Shown one piece after another: positions 11,622-26,100 of a stretch of 64,000 nt of DNA (its first letter is position 1; each line of letters starts with the position of its first letter). This DNA is from Auanema rhodensis (lineage: Eukaryota; Animalia; Nematoda). The notes under the pieces are model-generated. The model saw only the letters and a list, made by a program, of their open reading frames with translations. It ran no database searches and was not told the DNA's origin. Location of the stretch: positions 11,160,001 to 11,224,000 of the forward strand of contig OZ059898.1 in assembly GCA_964057225.1 (NCBI GenBank), given 5' to 3'. A program made the position numbers and the translations under genes.

Positions 11622-13668
11622 TATTATATGTATTTTTCTTAATAAAGATTTTAATTTATGCCGGGAACTTTATAATAAGTTTTTATTTCCCAGTGCAAAT
11701 GCAGAGCATGTCAAACCGATTTGTTCAATACCTTCAAACCGTAAACAAGACTTACTTTATGGTTAAGTGTTGATAATAAATTGAACAAGAAGTCAAGAAA
11801 TCAAATAATAAAATTTTAATAAAAAAATTGAAATAATGAAGAAGATACAGGGCCAACACATATGAATATGACAGCAGCTTGATCTCTCTGAATTTTTTTC
11901 CACTTACTTTCTCATAGTGGTTATCATATTTCTCTTTTTTGCTAAATAAGATACTTATACCGATGATCCATGCAGCACAGATTTCTCAAAACTTTGATTA
12001 ATACTTAACAAACTTATTTAGAAAATGTTTATAATATGTTATTTTAGTTACAAAAATGATATGACATATAAAACGTTGTAAGAGTTGTAGATACTAACAA
12101 ATATAGCACCAGTATCACGTGTTATTGAAATCCTGAAGCCTAAAAGTTGAAAAGTTAGGTTACAATCAGATGACAGATACAATTGAGCCACAATGCCTAG
12201 TTAGCAATTTCTTTTAATAAATCGATTTAATCAGTTTTTAGAAAATTCTGCTTTGCTTTATGATAATTATTTTTATTCATGAATTATGTTGTTTCTCAGA
12301 AAATATAGCATACAGATAGAGAAGACAAAAGAAATGAAAGACTCCACACTACTTGCTCCTCAAACTTAGCTCTGACAAGACAATTGATGGCTATCTCCAG
12401 TGTTCTTGAAATCTTTAGCAACTCTAGGATGTATTTCTGTCTGTCTGCCTCATTTTCTCAACTTTCTGTCTTATTTCTGCTCGTTTGGCTAATTAATGAC
12501 CTCTGACAATCAAAGTCTCAGCTTTATCACCATCTCCTAGTACTCCTTGTGCTGATTGCTTCTTGTCTTGCCTCTTTCCTTCATTCAATCTCATCTTTAT
12601 CGTATTTCTATCTACCTCTTTTTATTCTTATTCTTTTTATTTTTATTTTTCAATTTTTGAATTATCTCCATCATTCTCCCCTCTCCTTCTTTCTTACACA
12701 TGTTTTATCAATTTTTTCTCATATCATAAATCGTATCAGATGACTTAAATTTAAATTTTCTGGCTATACATACCTCAATCATCTATCTTCATACTATCAA
12801 TTGAATCTGGTAAAGAAGACCTTCACATAGGCTCCGCCCCATTTTCCAGCTATCATCTCATTGAGAGTCATCGATGTCATCTTCTGGTAATTCCTGTGCG
12901 AATCTTACCTGGTTTTCAATCATCTTTTTTCTTCATCTTTTTTTTAGCTTTTTGTTCATTGTATTGATTTTCATTTGTGCAACTTTTCTTCAACATTTTT
13001 GATTCAAATAGTTTTCTTAGTAATGCTGATATTCAAATGCTTAAACTACCGTAGGTGTTACAGAATTCTAAATTATAAACGAATTAACATAATAAGAAGT
13101 TAAGAGTATAACAAGAAAATTACAAATTACGATACACACAGACTTTGCTTATATTTCTACTGATATTCAATCCTTCGAGAGAAATTTCGAAACTCTTAGA
13201 TTTTTCAAACTTTTTTTTCAAAAATCTATCTTTTCAATTCTTCATTTTCTTTTTTTTTTCTCAAAAAATGAACAGAACTTTAAACCAGGAAACCTATACT
13301 AAGAATTATTGTAATTATCCCCTTTTAGTTGCTTATCTTTATATTTCTTTTCCAGCATTTTGCTAATACAAATTGTTAAAATCTACAAGCTGTTCAATCA
13401 ACAAATATAAGTTGTACTATGTGATAATGTTTCGGTATTTCAAGCTTTCTCTCTACGTGAACACTTAGTAAAAGGTTTCTGAATTTTATTTGTTTGAGCA
13501 ATTGCTAGTCTGTACTCTAGTTCCTGTTCTTCAGATTTTTCTTATAGCCGTTGGCAAGATATGATATCTTTTCATTTATTTGGTACATTGCCAAAATTGT
13601 TTTATTGAAATTTTTTGTCAGTTAGTCATGTGTTATATACATATACCTTTCTATTCCCTTTGTGTCAT

Positions 13669-14161
13669 TATATAAAAGTCCTTCTGAAAGGATAATAAAT
13701 AATGCTTTTATCTACAGCAACAGGCGCTGTTCATCTTGAGTTTAGTCGTTATTTCTTCAGCGTTTGCTTCTGCTGCCGTCCGTTGAGCTAGCCGTAGGTC
13801 CATCGGACTGCCCAATTGAAACGGACTAAGCTCACCGTCCCACGGCAGCGATCTTTCACGTCTCTCTTTTTTCTGTTTTTTTATTGTCTAGTGTAAGTAT
13901 TTTAATGATGCCAATCTACATTTCGTTTGTTTTCAGTATTATCCTTCCTCCTCACTTTATCATCTTATTCTGTTGCACAGTGATTTTCTGAATTGCAAAG
14001 TAGAATTGCAAAAGTATTGAAAAGCAATTTTCTTTTTTTTTCAATGAATTTCTTTACTTATTCATTATTTTGTATCTGTTCTCTCTTATTACTTTTTTGA
14101 ATTTGTTTGGAATTAAAATAAGCTTTGAAATTTAGTTCTGACCTCTACTTGAACTTCTACA
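13669..14161 (+). promoter_or_regulatory. Putative him-4 TATA box and spliced 5' UTR
   Basis: TATATAAAAG at 13669-13678; a canonical 44-nt GTAAGT...TTTTCAG intron at 13893-13936; TTTAG acceptor ending 14135, 26 nt before the ATG. Confidence 0.45.
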
Positions 14162-17100
14162 ATGAAGTTTGACCTAAGGCTGGTCCTATTTTTGGGGCTG
14201 GTCCAGTGGTCGCTAAGTCATTATGATATTCCACGACCCCAAGTGGATGAAACAGCAGGAAAAGTAAGATAAAAATATTATATAATACTGCTATTTATAA
14301 ATTTTAGAGTTCGTTGACTTTTGTCTTCGATATTACTGGTAGTATGTTCGATGATCTTGTGCAAGTACGTGACGGAGCTCGAAAAATATTCCAAACTGTA
14401 ACAGCACAGCGAGAAAAATTGATTTACAATTACATTATGGTACCTTTCCATGATCCAGGTAAGGTTTTCATGCGTATTTAATAGTTTAGCAGATTTTGTT
14501 GTTGTAAAGCTGTGAAAATTAAAAAAATAAGACGACAATGAGAAGATAAAGGACGCTTTAGTCATAAGATGCTGTTCAACATCTGAAATTGATCAGCTGA
14601 ATGATTAAAACTCACCAGTGAATTCTGAACTTCAGATGTTCTATTTTGTGAAAAATTATCGATTCATAAGAAGGGAGAAATAATAACTTTTAAAAAAATC
14701 CCTGAACTAATAGTTGAAAGGAACTTATTTGAAAAGTAATAAGAGATCTACTATAACTTTTAAGAAAAAAGAAATAGAGAATGTAAGAAAGAAAGAGTAG
14801 GACATGAAAAGATAGAAAATTTACTCACTGAAACAAACGGTTTTCCAGCTATTACAACATCAAACACTTAATCTTCCAGTCAATTAATTAGATCTAGACA
14901 ATGAAACTAGGTGGTACTAAGTGAAAAAAAAATGAGTCATACATGTTTTTTTTTTGAAATTTTTGAAAATTTTTAGTCGATATTCTTTAAACTTTTCTGC
15001 ATTTCAGGCGTTATTTACATTATTTGACATTTTCAGACCTTGGAGAAATTATCAATACTACTGATCAAACCTATTTCTTGCGCCAGTTGAACAAGGTGTA
15101 CGTACATGGTGGTGGAGATTGTCCAGAACAAACTTTAACAGGCAAGTTAATCATTTTATTTTGGGAGCTTTGCTTTTGAACAAAAACAACCAAGAACAAG
15201 CCTGAGGTGTAACGGGTTGAAGATCCAGAAGGAACGTGTCCTAATTCAATGAGGTGACTCAACCTGGAAAGGTCGTAGCCACGGTCCGTTAAGCACATTC
15301 GAGTCTGATGTGGAACACGAATAAATGTTGCGATTCTTTAAACTTGTCTAGTTTCACAATGTTTTTAAATTTTTTTTTTGCATTATTAAAATTTGGGATT
15401 TCGATTGCGATTTGAAGAGGTTTAAACAGCAGAAACCAAGATTAGCTAGTAAGGAAGTATTCAGAATAACAAATCGCTGACGAAACTGATACCGCTGAAA
15501 AGAAATATTCCGGTAAAGAGAGCTCGAGAAGAAGAAAACAAAAAGAAATAGAGAAAAATAGATCATTAAGATTATATGCATAGTTAAATTTGATATAATA
15601 CTATTTAATTGTCGGCTTAATCCTTTTGAAACTGATACCCAGACACTTCTCCTACTGGTAATAAAGCCATCTTCTGAGCTTTGTAAAGTAATTGTCTACA
15701 TTTTCTACAGCAGACAGATAAATGTAATCAACTTCTCTGTTATAGTTTATGTTTCTAGCAAAGCGAAGAACTCATTGATAAAAATGATTAAGGTGAATGA
15801 GTATGTCTGAATGAATCTATGTTACTCAGAATTTTTATTGTTAATGTTGTATGCTGAATAAAGCAAAAAAGGTGGGTGGATATGGCTATACTGTCACAAT
15901 GATCACCTTTGCTGTGTTACCGTATATTTTATCTCTTTTGATTCTGTTCTGAAGATTTCTAAAGAATTTGATTGGCTGTAACGACATTAGAATGACGTCT
16001 AAAGGAAGTTAGTTTCTTTCTCAAAATGTTAGACAGTACGAAGTGATAGATAGTTAGTGAGTATGTGGGTGCTTGTGCAAAAGAGAGAGAGAGAGAGAAA
16101 AGAGAGAGAAAGAGAGAGAATGTGATAAGCCACATAAGTGAATTCAAAAAGATGAAAGAAATGAAAGAGAGTTGAGAGAATGTGGAGGTAGAAGTGGAGA
16201 CGGATCCTGTTCAGATGCTGAGAAACAGCTTAGTATCTGAAGGTTTATTTAGAAGAGGAAACACTACTATAACAAAGAATTATGAGTAAAAGGAAAAGAG
16301 AGAGAGAATAATATAGAAATAAAGATACTTTAAGAGTGCAAGAGATAGAAAAAGGATGAATTGAAGAAGATATTAGATTGAGAGATAAAGAGATGATGAG
16401 AGAATTTAGAAAAGAAGAGTATTGAATATTGGAAATGTTTTGATAACCTGTGAATAGCGGGGCATTGTGTCGTGCTCGTTCAGCTAAACTGCGCAGAGGT
16501 TGTAAAATCGTAACCGGAGTGTTCTACTAGGGTGTCATATCTGCTAACATCTTCTCACATACTCTCATATTTTCTTAAACATTTCAATGGTTTCTAAAGG
16601 GAAAATAAACTGGGGTGATACATGATCAAACGCTGGAAATAATGCAGGAAGTTCGAGAATTCGAACATTAAAACTCATTTAAAAAAATAAACAAAAGAAA
16701 AAGAAGCCAGAGCTATGCTTTGATATATTATTGATTTCAAAGTGATTTAAGAAATCTTGTTCATCAAATATGAGAAATATTCCGAATATTTAACAACAAC
16801 ATCAATAGTTAGAAGTAGAAGTATATGAAATACATCGTATTATTTAGGTATTCTAATGGCTTTGAACATTTCCTTGCCGTCATCGTTCATCTATGTATTC
16901 ACTGACGCTCGATCTAAAGATTATAATAAAGAAGATCAAGTTCTTAATATGATTCAAGAAAAACAAAGTTCGGTAAGTTTTTTTATATTTACATAAAATA
17001 TAAAATATAAATTATAATACTTTAGGTTGTGTTCGTAATGACTGGAGATTGTGGTAATCGTACTCATCCTGGATTTCGCACGTATGAAAAAATCGCTGCT

Positions 17101-20100
17101 GCATCATTTGGACAAGTAAGAACGTCTTAAAAAATAGCGTTTAAGTATTCACGTGTCCACGTGAACACGTGAACGCAGCATTTCATTATTAGTTGAATTT
17201 GAATCCAAAGCGGTTGTTTATTGCAATTAAATCATTAATTTATATTTTTTATAATTTATATTTTAAGGTTTTCCATTTATCGAAAAGTGATGTTAGTACA
17301 GTTCTGGAATATGTTAGACATGCTGTTAAACAAAGAAAGGTTATAAAATACTTCATGTTTTATATTATTTTCACTTTTATATATTATAATTATATATTTT
17401 TCAATGTTAATATTAATTATTTTAAGATTCATATGATGTATGAAGTTCGTGATCGTGGAGGAACAGTATCCAAGAAAATTCCAGTTGATAAGCATATGAC
17501 TGAACTAACATTGTCACTATCTGGGGATAAAGATGATGAAGAACTACTGGATATCACATTAATTGATCCACAAGGTAATCAATTTAAACTATACATATAA
17601 TTTGTCTGTGTCATAAAAAAGTATCTGATATGTTTACTTTTTTATATGAGAGTTTTTGTGCATTTATTCTTCAATTCTGTACTTGGTTTGTCCTTCAAAC
17701 TAACTTGCTATATCTCATTCGATTTGTCACTTTCCGCCCTCGGCCAACTGGCAGTAATCTATCAATCGAACACAGAAAAAAATAGTTTAGAGTGTGTGCA
17801 GACTGAAATTGATCTGGAAAGTGATTTGGTGAAATTGTAGTTGAAATATGATAGGAATAATATGAATAATGACTAAAATTAAAAATAAATTATTAATAAT
17901 TTTTAGGCTATCATGTTGATAAAAATACATATAATAAAGAAGGTGGAACGATTGATTTGAAAAATGTAAAGTTGGTCCGTTTGACTGATCCAAAGCCTGG
18001 TATATGGCAGGTAACTATTACATCTTATATTATGTGAATTAAATTGGAATTGAGTATAGTATATAATGCACTAAGAGTTTATGTATTAATTCAATTTTGA
18101 TTTCTCCTTAAACCAAAAAAAAACAGTCTTCTGATTCTTTTTAGGTTGTCACTAATTCACGCTTGAAACATACTATTCGTGTATTCGGGCACGGCTCAAT
18201 TGACTTCAAATATGGATTTGCGTCAAGAATCGTTGATGAAATTGAGCTTGTTAGTTTATATTAAAACCTTTTCTTATTTTAATTATTCATATTTGATTTG
18301 TTAGGCTAGTCAACGACCCGTAGCCAATCAAAATTCATATCTAATAGTTAATATGACTGGAATGGTGCCACCGGGTACTGTAACTGAAATTTCTCTTCTG
18401 GATTACTACGGTAGATAGTACTTGTTTTAATGAATTTATCAAATTAAATGTTTGTAGGTACTGCTTTATATAGAAGTGAAGCAACACCTCATCGGAGTAA
18501 TCCTTATATGTACTTTGTTGGTCCGTTAGTTCCACCAAAAGGATTGTTTTTTGTTCAAGTTCGAGGAGTTGATGAAGAGGTATAATTTTATTTTTTAAAT
18601 AGTGTTTTTAATTTTTCTATTTTAGGATTATGAATTTCAACGTATTGCTCCAACAGCTATCGGTAGTGTTTCCGTTGGAGGACCACGAGCTTACATTCAT
18701 CCAAAAATTACTGCTTTTGCTTCAACAGTACTGATTTTGTATTTCACAGGAATCCTCATATAATTTGAAATTTAGGATGTTAATCTCACTTGTAAAGTTG
18801 AATCACATTCCAAGTTTACTCTATTTTGGTACAAGGGAAACGAAAAAATTGGTGGACCTTTATTCTATCAAATGACCGATACTGCCATATGGACCCTACC
18901 AGAAGTATCTTTACGTGATCGTGGAGAATATTCATGTGTTGTTGTTAGTGAAAATGGCAATCATACAGCTAAAACATTTTTAGAAACAAGAGGTACTAAT
19001 TTATCAGCGGTCATATGATATTTTCATCAAACTTCGTTTCTTCAGAATCTCCTCCAACTATTATTGGCTTGAGAAATGTTTCTGTTCCATTAGGGCATCC
19101 AGCTTTTCTTCATTGTCAAACGCAATCCACCAGCAAGGTAAGCATTTCGATTCATGCAAGAATACTGTAAATATTATAATTTTTTAAAATTCATCGCATT
19201 AAGGTGGAAATCAGGTGGGTTCGTCATGGAGTATCAGTTCTTTCAGGACCAAATACGGTACGTGTTTTAACTTATTATTTTCACGTTTATGTTTTTTATT
19301 TTAAAGGTCATTTATCCAAACGGAACTCTTCGCATTCATCAGACATCACGTGCTGATTCTGGAGGATATGACTGTCAAGCTAGAAATATGGGTGGAATGA
19401 TTAGTCAATCACTTGTTGTTAAGGTATAACTCTTTATTGTCAAAATTATAAATATTATTTATTGATTTCAAGGTTCTGGAACTTCCAAAAGCTAGTATTT
19501 CACCTTCCACTGTTCATTTTGTTCCTCATAATCCATTTAATATCTCTTGTTTCGTACAAGGCGATCCTAAGCCTGAGACACATTGGTTCCACAATGGCCG
19601 AAGAATCAGTCCAAATCACAAATATTTTATTAATTTTAAAAGTAAGTTTTTTTTATTAAATATAGTTAACAACATAACGTATATTAAGATGATTTATTTG
19701 TTCGTGATCCTGATGATTCTGATATTGGACAGTATGAATGCCGAGCTGTGTCTTCGGCAGGAGTTCACGCGGAGTCAGCTACTGTTATGAAAGCTAGTAC
19801 GTTTTCATACTTTTCATATTTAATGCTTGAACAAGGTTTAATAAATTTGTTTCAGTTGCTCCTAGAGTCGAATTGGCTCAATCAAAGTCAATGATAGGAA
19901 GAGGAGATAACATTACTTTTGAATGCAGAGTATGTTTCAGTGATCTTTTTATTAGATATATCATTTAATGTTTGTAGGTTCTCGATGGTATGCCTGTTCC
20001 AACACTTCAGTGGTTCAGAAATGGTCGTGAACTGTTACATAGTAGCAATGAATACATCAGAATTGCTGGACGTCAATTAACTATTTTGGTAACCAAAACA

Positions 20101-23100
20101 AAACAAAAGAAAATGCTAATTTTCTATTAAAGGGTGTCCAAGAAAGTGATGGAGGATCGTATTCTTGTGTTGCCGAAAATATTGCTGGGCGTGATATTGG
20201 AGTTGCTCAACTAACTGTTGGAAGTATGCCTTCCATTGCTTCTTCTCCTGAAACTGTTCGAGTTAATATTGAAAGAGGAGTATGTTTATATTGAATTTTA
20301 GCTGTTCACAAAATATATATTTATAGACAACATTACAATGCCGTGCTATTGGTAACCCAAGACCTAAAATTGAATGGCAACGCGATGGAGTTCCCTTGCA
20401 ACAACTTGATAACCCTCGATACGTTGTAGCGGATGATGGAAACTTAATGATAACAAGTTGGTTTTGTTTCACATTTTTTTCATTTCACATGAATTTTTTA
20501 TTGAAATTTTAATTTGTTCTTAGATGCTCAATTAGAAGATCAGAAGAGGTTTACTTGTATAGCTAAAAATGAATATGGACAACAATCTAAGACGACTATG
20601 GTTATGGTTGTTGGATTGGGTAAACATTTTTTAAATTTTTTATCAGATTTCCTATCATTTCAGTTTCTCCCGTGTTGGGGCATGTTCCACCAGAGGAGCA
20701 GCTCATCGAAGGAGAAGATCTTCGCTTATCTTGTGTTGTTGTGCTTGGAACACCAAAACCAACAATTCAATGGTTTAAAGATAATGAGCCATTGGTGGAA
20801 ACAGAATCTCTTGTTGTGAGTTATTCTTGAAAATTAAACTACGTAACGTTAAAAATTATATTAGATTGAGGGTGGTGGTTCTTCCCTTCTTCTCCGAAAC
20901 GGAAACCCACGTGATGAGGGACGCTACACCTGTGCAGCTATCTCACCAGCAGGAAATGCTACAATTAACGTGAATGTTCAGCTAATCAGTAAGTTTTTGC
21001 TCAAATTTCAAAATAAAAAGCCAAATTGAACAACTTTTTTACTCAAACGTGAAGTGATTTACATATATCAGAATTTTCTTTTCGTGTGTTGTAGAGTGTG
21101 ATAGATGGAAAAGGCAATTACGTATATACTTTTCCGTCATTAATTTTGTTTTTTCTTGTTTTTACCGCTACATACGTATTTGTGTTTTACTCTGATCTAC
21201 TCTAACACACGGTATAATCTGATGAATATACTATTTGTGTCATATAGTAACCCAAATGATATACCCTTCTAATTTGCTTAGATATATTATATGTATTAAA
21301 TATATTCATCAGATATACTATTATCATATTTTTTTGAAAGCATTTTATGATATCATCCTAATACACCTTTGTCTGTTACTGTCTTCTGCATGGTTGTTTG
21401 TTTGTTCAGAGAAGCCAGTATTCGAACCAATGGACGGCGAGCCGTTCATGGAAGCTGGAGAAGTGGCCGTTAAAGAAGGATTTCCAACCAGTATTCCGTG
21501 CAGAGTTAAAGGAACACCAACACCAACTGTTACATGGTCTTACGACGGTAGACCTATTAGTATCAATAATAAGGATTATACTATTACGGTAACTGATTAC
21601 TGTAGCTGATTACGGTAGATGACAAGAAGAATATTCGGTCATATATGGATCAGTTAGAGTTTTGCTACTTTCTTATTTTTTTGATTTTCAGCAAGATAAT
21701 ACTTTGATTATTCATTCTCCACGAAAAACAAATCAAGGCCGTTATACCTGTACAGCTATGAATCCAGCTGGAGAAAGTGATCAGGTAACATTGTTACTAT
21801 TCTATTATTCTTTATAATTATATTTAGTCATTTTCTTTGATGGTCATTGAAAAACCAGTCATTGCTCCTGGCCAATCTTCTTTTAATTTGATTCAAGGAA
21901 CTCCTGTACGTATACCATGTAACATCAAAACAGATCCAATGCCAAAAATAGTATGGTATTTGAATGAAAAACAATTCCTTGATGGTACTGTTGACTCTGA
22001 TGGAGCATTGATTATTGATAATGTAAATGAAATTCACAAGTGAGATTAGTAATTCAAATATATTTCAAATTCTGTATTTCAGAGGTAATTTACGTTGTGT
22101 TGCCGAAAATGATGCTGGCTCTGATGAACGTGTTATTAGTTTAACCGTACACACAACACCAATAATAGATGGAAGTGGACAGGTAAAATTTGTTTTTGCT
22201 CTTTCTCGGCTTGATTTTAAAACTTTTATTTTTCAGACTATTCCTAAAGTTGCTCATGTTAATGATTCGATTATTCTCCCGTGTCCTGCTCGTGCTCAAC
22301 CTCCTCCCATTCGTATGTGGAGCTATGAAGGGCAAGATCTTCAAGATTATGATGTTATTCCTGTAAACCTTTATTTATCTATCTAAATTCATGAAATATT
22401 GTTTCAGCATACAATTTCTGAAGATGGAGAATTAATATTGCAATCAGTTCAACTTGATTATAGTGGACATTTCACTTGTTTGGTTTCTAATTTGGCTGGA
22501 GATGACTCAGTTACCTACAATTTAGATGTACGAGTGAACACAAATATGTTAATCTCACAATCTTCGTTTTAGGTTCAAGAAAAACCTAAAATTATTTCTG
22601 AAACACCTGGTACAATAGATGTTGTCAAGGGTTTAACTCTGGAAATTCCTTGTAAAGCCATTGGAACACCTGATCCAGAGCGTACATGGGAAAAAGATGG
22701 AATTCGAGTATAAAACTATTAAGAAATATAATATAAAACTTCTGTACTATTAAGATTTCACCCGATGAATCATATAACATAGATTCAGCCGGTACTTTGA
22801 GAATCATGAATACTCAGAAGAATCATGGTGGACCATACACTTGTGTTGTTAAGAACGATATGGGAACTGATAGCCGTGTTACAAACGTTGTTGTACAGGG
22901 TATGATAAACTTTAATTATTATTTATTATAACTTAAATTGTCTTGTTATTTTGACGAAGTAAGAAAACAAAATGAATTTCAGAACCACCCATGATTTTGC
23001 CTACAACAATTTCAAATTATACAGCTGTTGAAGGAGATATGGTATGTTTAACGTAATCTATCATCATTTTAACTTCATACTTTGAGGTTGAACTTCGTTG

Positions 23101-26100
23101 TCATGTTGCCGCTTTCCCGCAGGCTATCATTCAATGGACACGAAAAGGAGTGCCAGTAACCGAACACACTCCCGGAGTTCGAATTTTGAATGGTAAATCA
23201 AAAACAAATTCTATATAAATGTGTTTTTGTTAAAGGTGAAACACTTGTTATCGATGAAGTTAACAAGGACGATGCTACTTTCTATACCTGTCGTGCTACT
23301 AACCCAGCTGGTAAAGCTGAGAAAGTAATCAGATTATCTGTTATCGGTACTTTAGTATCTAATTAACAGCTTTATATACAACTTTTCTCTTTAAGTACCA
23401 CCTGAAATTCCTGATCAAGATGAAGTTCTTCATGAGGCAGTGCGCGTAAATACACCTTTCGCTTTGTACTGTCCAGTAATTAGTACTCCATTGCCCACTG
23501 TAATTATCTTTTTTTATTCTTTTTCTACAATTATTTTAAAAAAATTTTTAGATTACATGGCATTTGAATGATAAACCAATTGCCGACGGCGATCCAAATA
23601 TCGTGTTGTCTGAGGATAAGAGACGAATGCATGTATCACAAGCACGTGAAACTGATGCTGGAGTATACAAGTGTATTGCTCGTAACAGTGCTGGTGAAAG
23701 CAGCAAATCATGGGACATAGAAGTGTTAGGTATAAATTCATTTTGCATATTTAAATATGTATTTCAATAATTTAGTTCCTTTAAATATCGATGAATCTGA
23801 ATGGAAACGAAAGGTTACTGTACTTGCCGGAGATGAGGCATGTTATAGTTAATCGAAATTAATTTATTCAATTAGTTTTAGGTCGAATTAGGATGTCCTG
23901 TAAGTGGATTACCTGATCCTACTATTACATGGGTTGTTGATGGACACATGGTTGGAAAGGATGACGAGATTCGAGGAATTCGTCTCGGGGAAAGCGGCGA
24001 AACAGTACAAAAACATCTTATATACATATATGTATTTAACTAATTTAAGCTCGTAATCAATGAAGCTGAAGTTGATCATACTGGTCAATATTCTTGCTTA
24101 GCTTCAAATAAGGCAGGAAGTTTGGATGTGGATGTTAGCTTAACTGTATTAGGTTCTTTAATCTATTTCTTCAATAATTATTATTTAAACACTTAAGCTC
24201 CCCCTCGTCTTGGTAAGGATGAAAATATGGAAATTATAGCTGGTAAAGCTGCTACATTATCTTGTGAAATCAAGGGAGACACGGATGACAAAAATTCTAT
24301 CTCTTGGCGATTGGTTGGTTAAAACCTCATATCATTATCGTTGAAAATCTGAGAAATTTTACAGAATAATACTGACATAAACGCAGTTAATATTCAAGCT
24401 CCGACTGGCGGCCAGAAAATCTTTATTGTTGATGCTGATTCATCTAATGCTGGAGTGTATAGCTGTATTGTGCGTAATTCTGCTGGTGAGAGCAAGAGAA
24501 CAATCAATGTTACTATCTTAGGTGCTGTCAATACTTGAATATATAATATATTAATTGTTTTCTAGAACCTCCTGAGTTTGTTGAATCTCAAGCTGATCAG
24601 AATGTTCAAGTTATAGCTGGAAGTGCTTTGACATTATCTTGCTACGTGAAAGGAAATCCTAGACCAACCATCGAATGGCGTAAGGATAGTGAAACGATTG
24701 TTGAAAAAGTATTCAGGTAAGTAACGATTGAACATTTTTGTTTTGAAGAAAACAAATTTGTAGTGATGATGGCCAGAATCTTAATATGGAGAACATCAAG
24801 CCTGGAACAAGTAGATATACTTGTTTGGCTTCCAACAAAGCTGGATCTATTGCTAGGGATTTCTTTGTTCAAAGTGTATCACCTCCAGAAATTATGGATT
24901 CTGGTGATCGATTGGTTATCGAAGTTATGGAAGGACAGACTGCTCGACTCGAATGTCCAGTTGTAGGTGAAGCTGATATTGAATGGAGACGACAGGGTGG
25001 AAAGATTGATGTGAGATTCAAAAAAATAATAATATATTACATTTATACCTTATAATTCAGCCATCTCATTCCAATTTTGTCGTGGATAACAAACTTCTTT
25101 TACTTGTAAATGCTCAAAAATCTCATGAAGATACGTTCACTTGTATTGCTAAGAACAGTGCTGGTGAAGCTGCTCGAGAGTTTGAAGTTATCATTCTAGG
25201 TATATTAATGAGCAATCTGTGTAACCACATAAATCTTTTCAGTTCCACCCAAAGTAAAAGGATTTTTGGTTGAAGACATTGATATTGTTGAAGCTTCGGA
25301 AATGAAGCTTGATTGCGATTACGACGGAAGTCCAGAACCTACAATTCTTTGGACAAAAGATGGTGTACCGATTCCTGACAAATCACAGGCATCATTCTTT
25401 TTTTTAATTATACTTTAAGCTATAACATAATTCTAGCTTCTCAATGATAACAGAACACTTGCTCTATCCGGCATTGAAGCTGAAGAAGCTGGTGTATACA
25501 AGTGTTCGATTGTGAATAAAGCTGGATCGGCTGATAAAACTTTCAATGTACATGTCATCGAAAGACCTGATATTAGTGGAAACCATGAAATTTCTGAGAT
25601 TAGAGTAAAACTAAGAATTGGAATAAATACTTCAGAAGTCTATTTTCAGGTGAATATCACTCGTCCAGTTACTTTGGAATGTCCAGTGAAGAATCCAATT
25701 GGAGTAGAAATTTCTTGGGCACGTCATCAACTACCTGTTATTCCTGGAACTGAAAATGTGCAGGTTGTTTCCTGGTTTATTTGACTCAAATAATAAAAAT
25801 AACAATTTTTAGATTTTGTCTGGTGGTAGACATCTTCATATTCCTGCAGCTCGCTTAGAAGATGAAGGAACATTTACATGTACAGCAAAAAATGAGGCTG
25901 GAGATTCTTCTAAAACTTATAAAGTCGTTGTACAAGGTTTTGTCAACAATTTGTCATATTCCTGTAAAGTCAATGTTTATTTAGTTCCACCTGCTATAAT
26001 TAACGAAGGAGGAGCTTACAGCGTTATTGAAAACAATTCCTTGGTTCTTCCCTGTGAAGTTGAAGGAAGTCCTAAACCAACAATTCTTTGGACAAAGGTT

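Noticed and set aside
13790-13830. Hammerhead-like GUA...GAAAC arrangement
   Set aside because: Lacks the CUGANGA core and stem II.
15200-15330. GC-richer intronic patch with CTGA, possible box C/D snoRNA (similar patch at 62545-62610)
   Set aside because: No canonical RTGATGA C box and no recognisable rRNA guide. Would need Infernal/snoscan.
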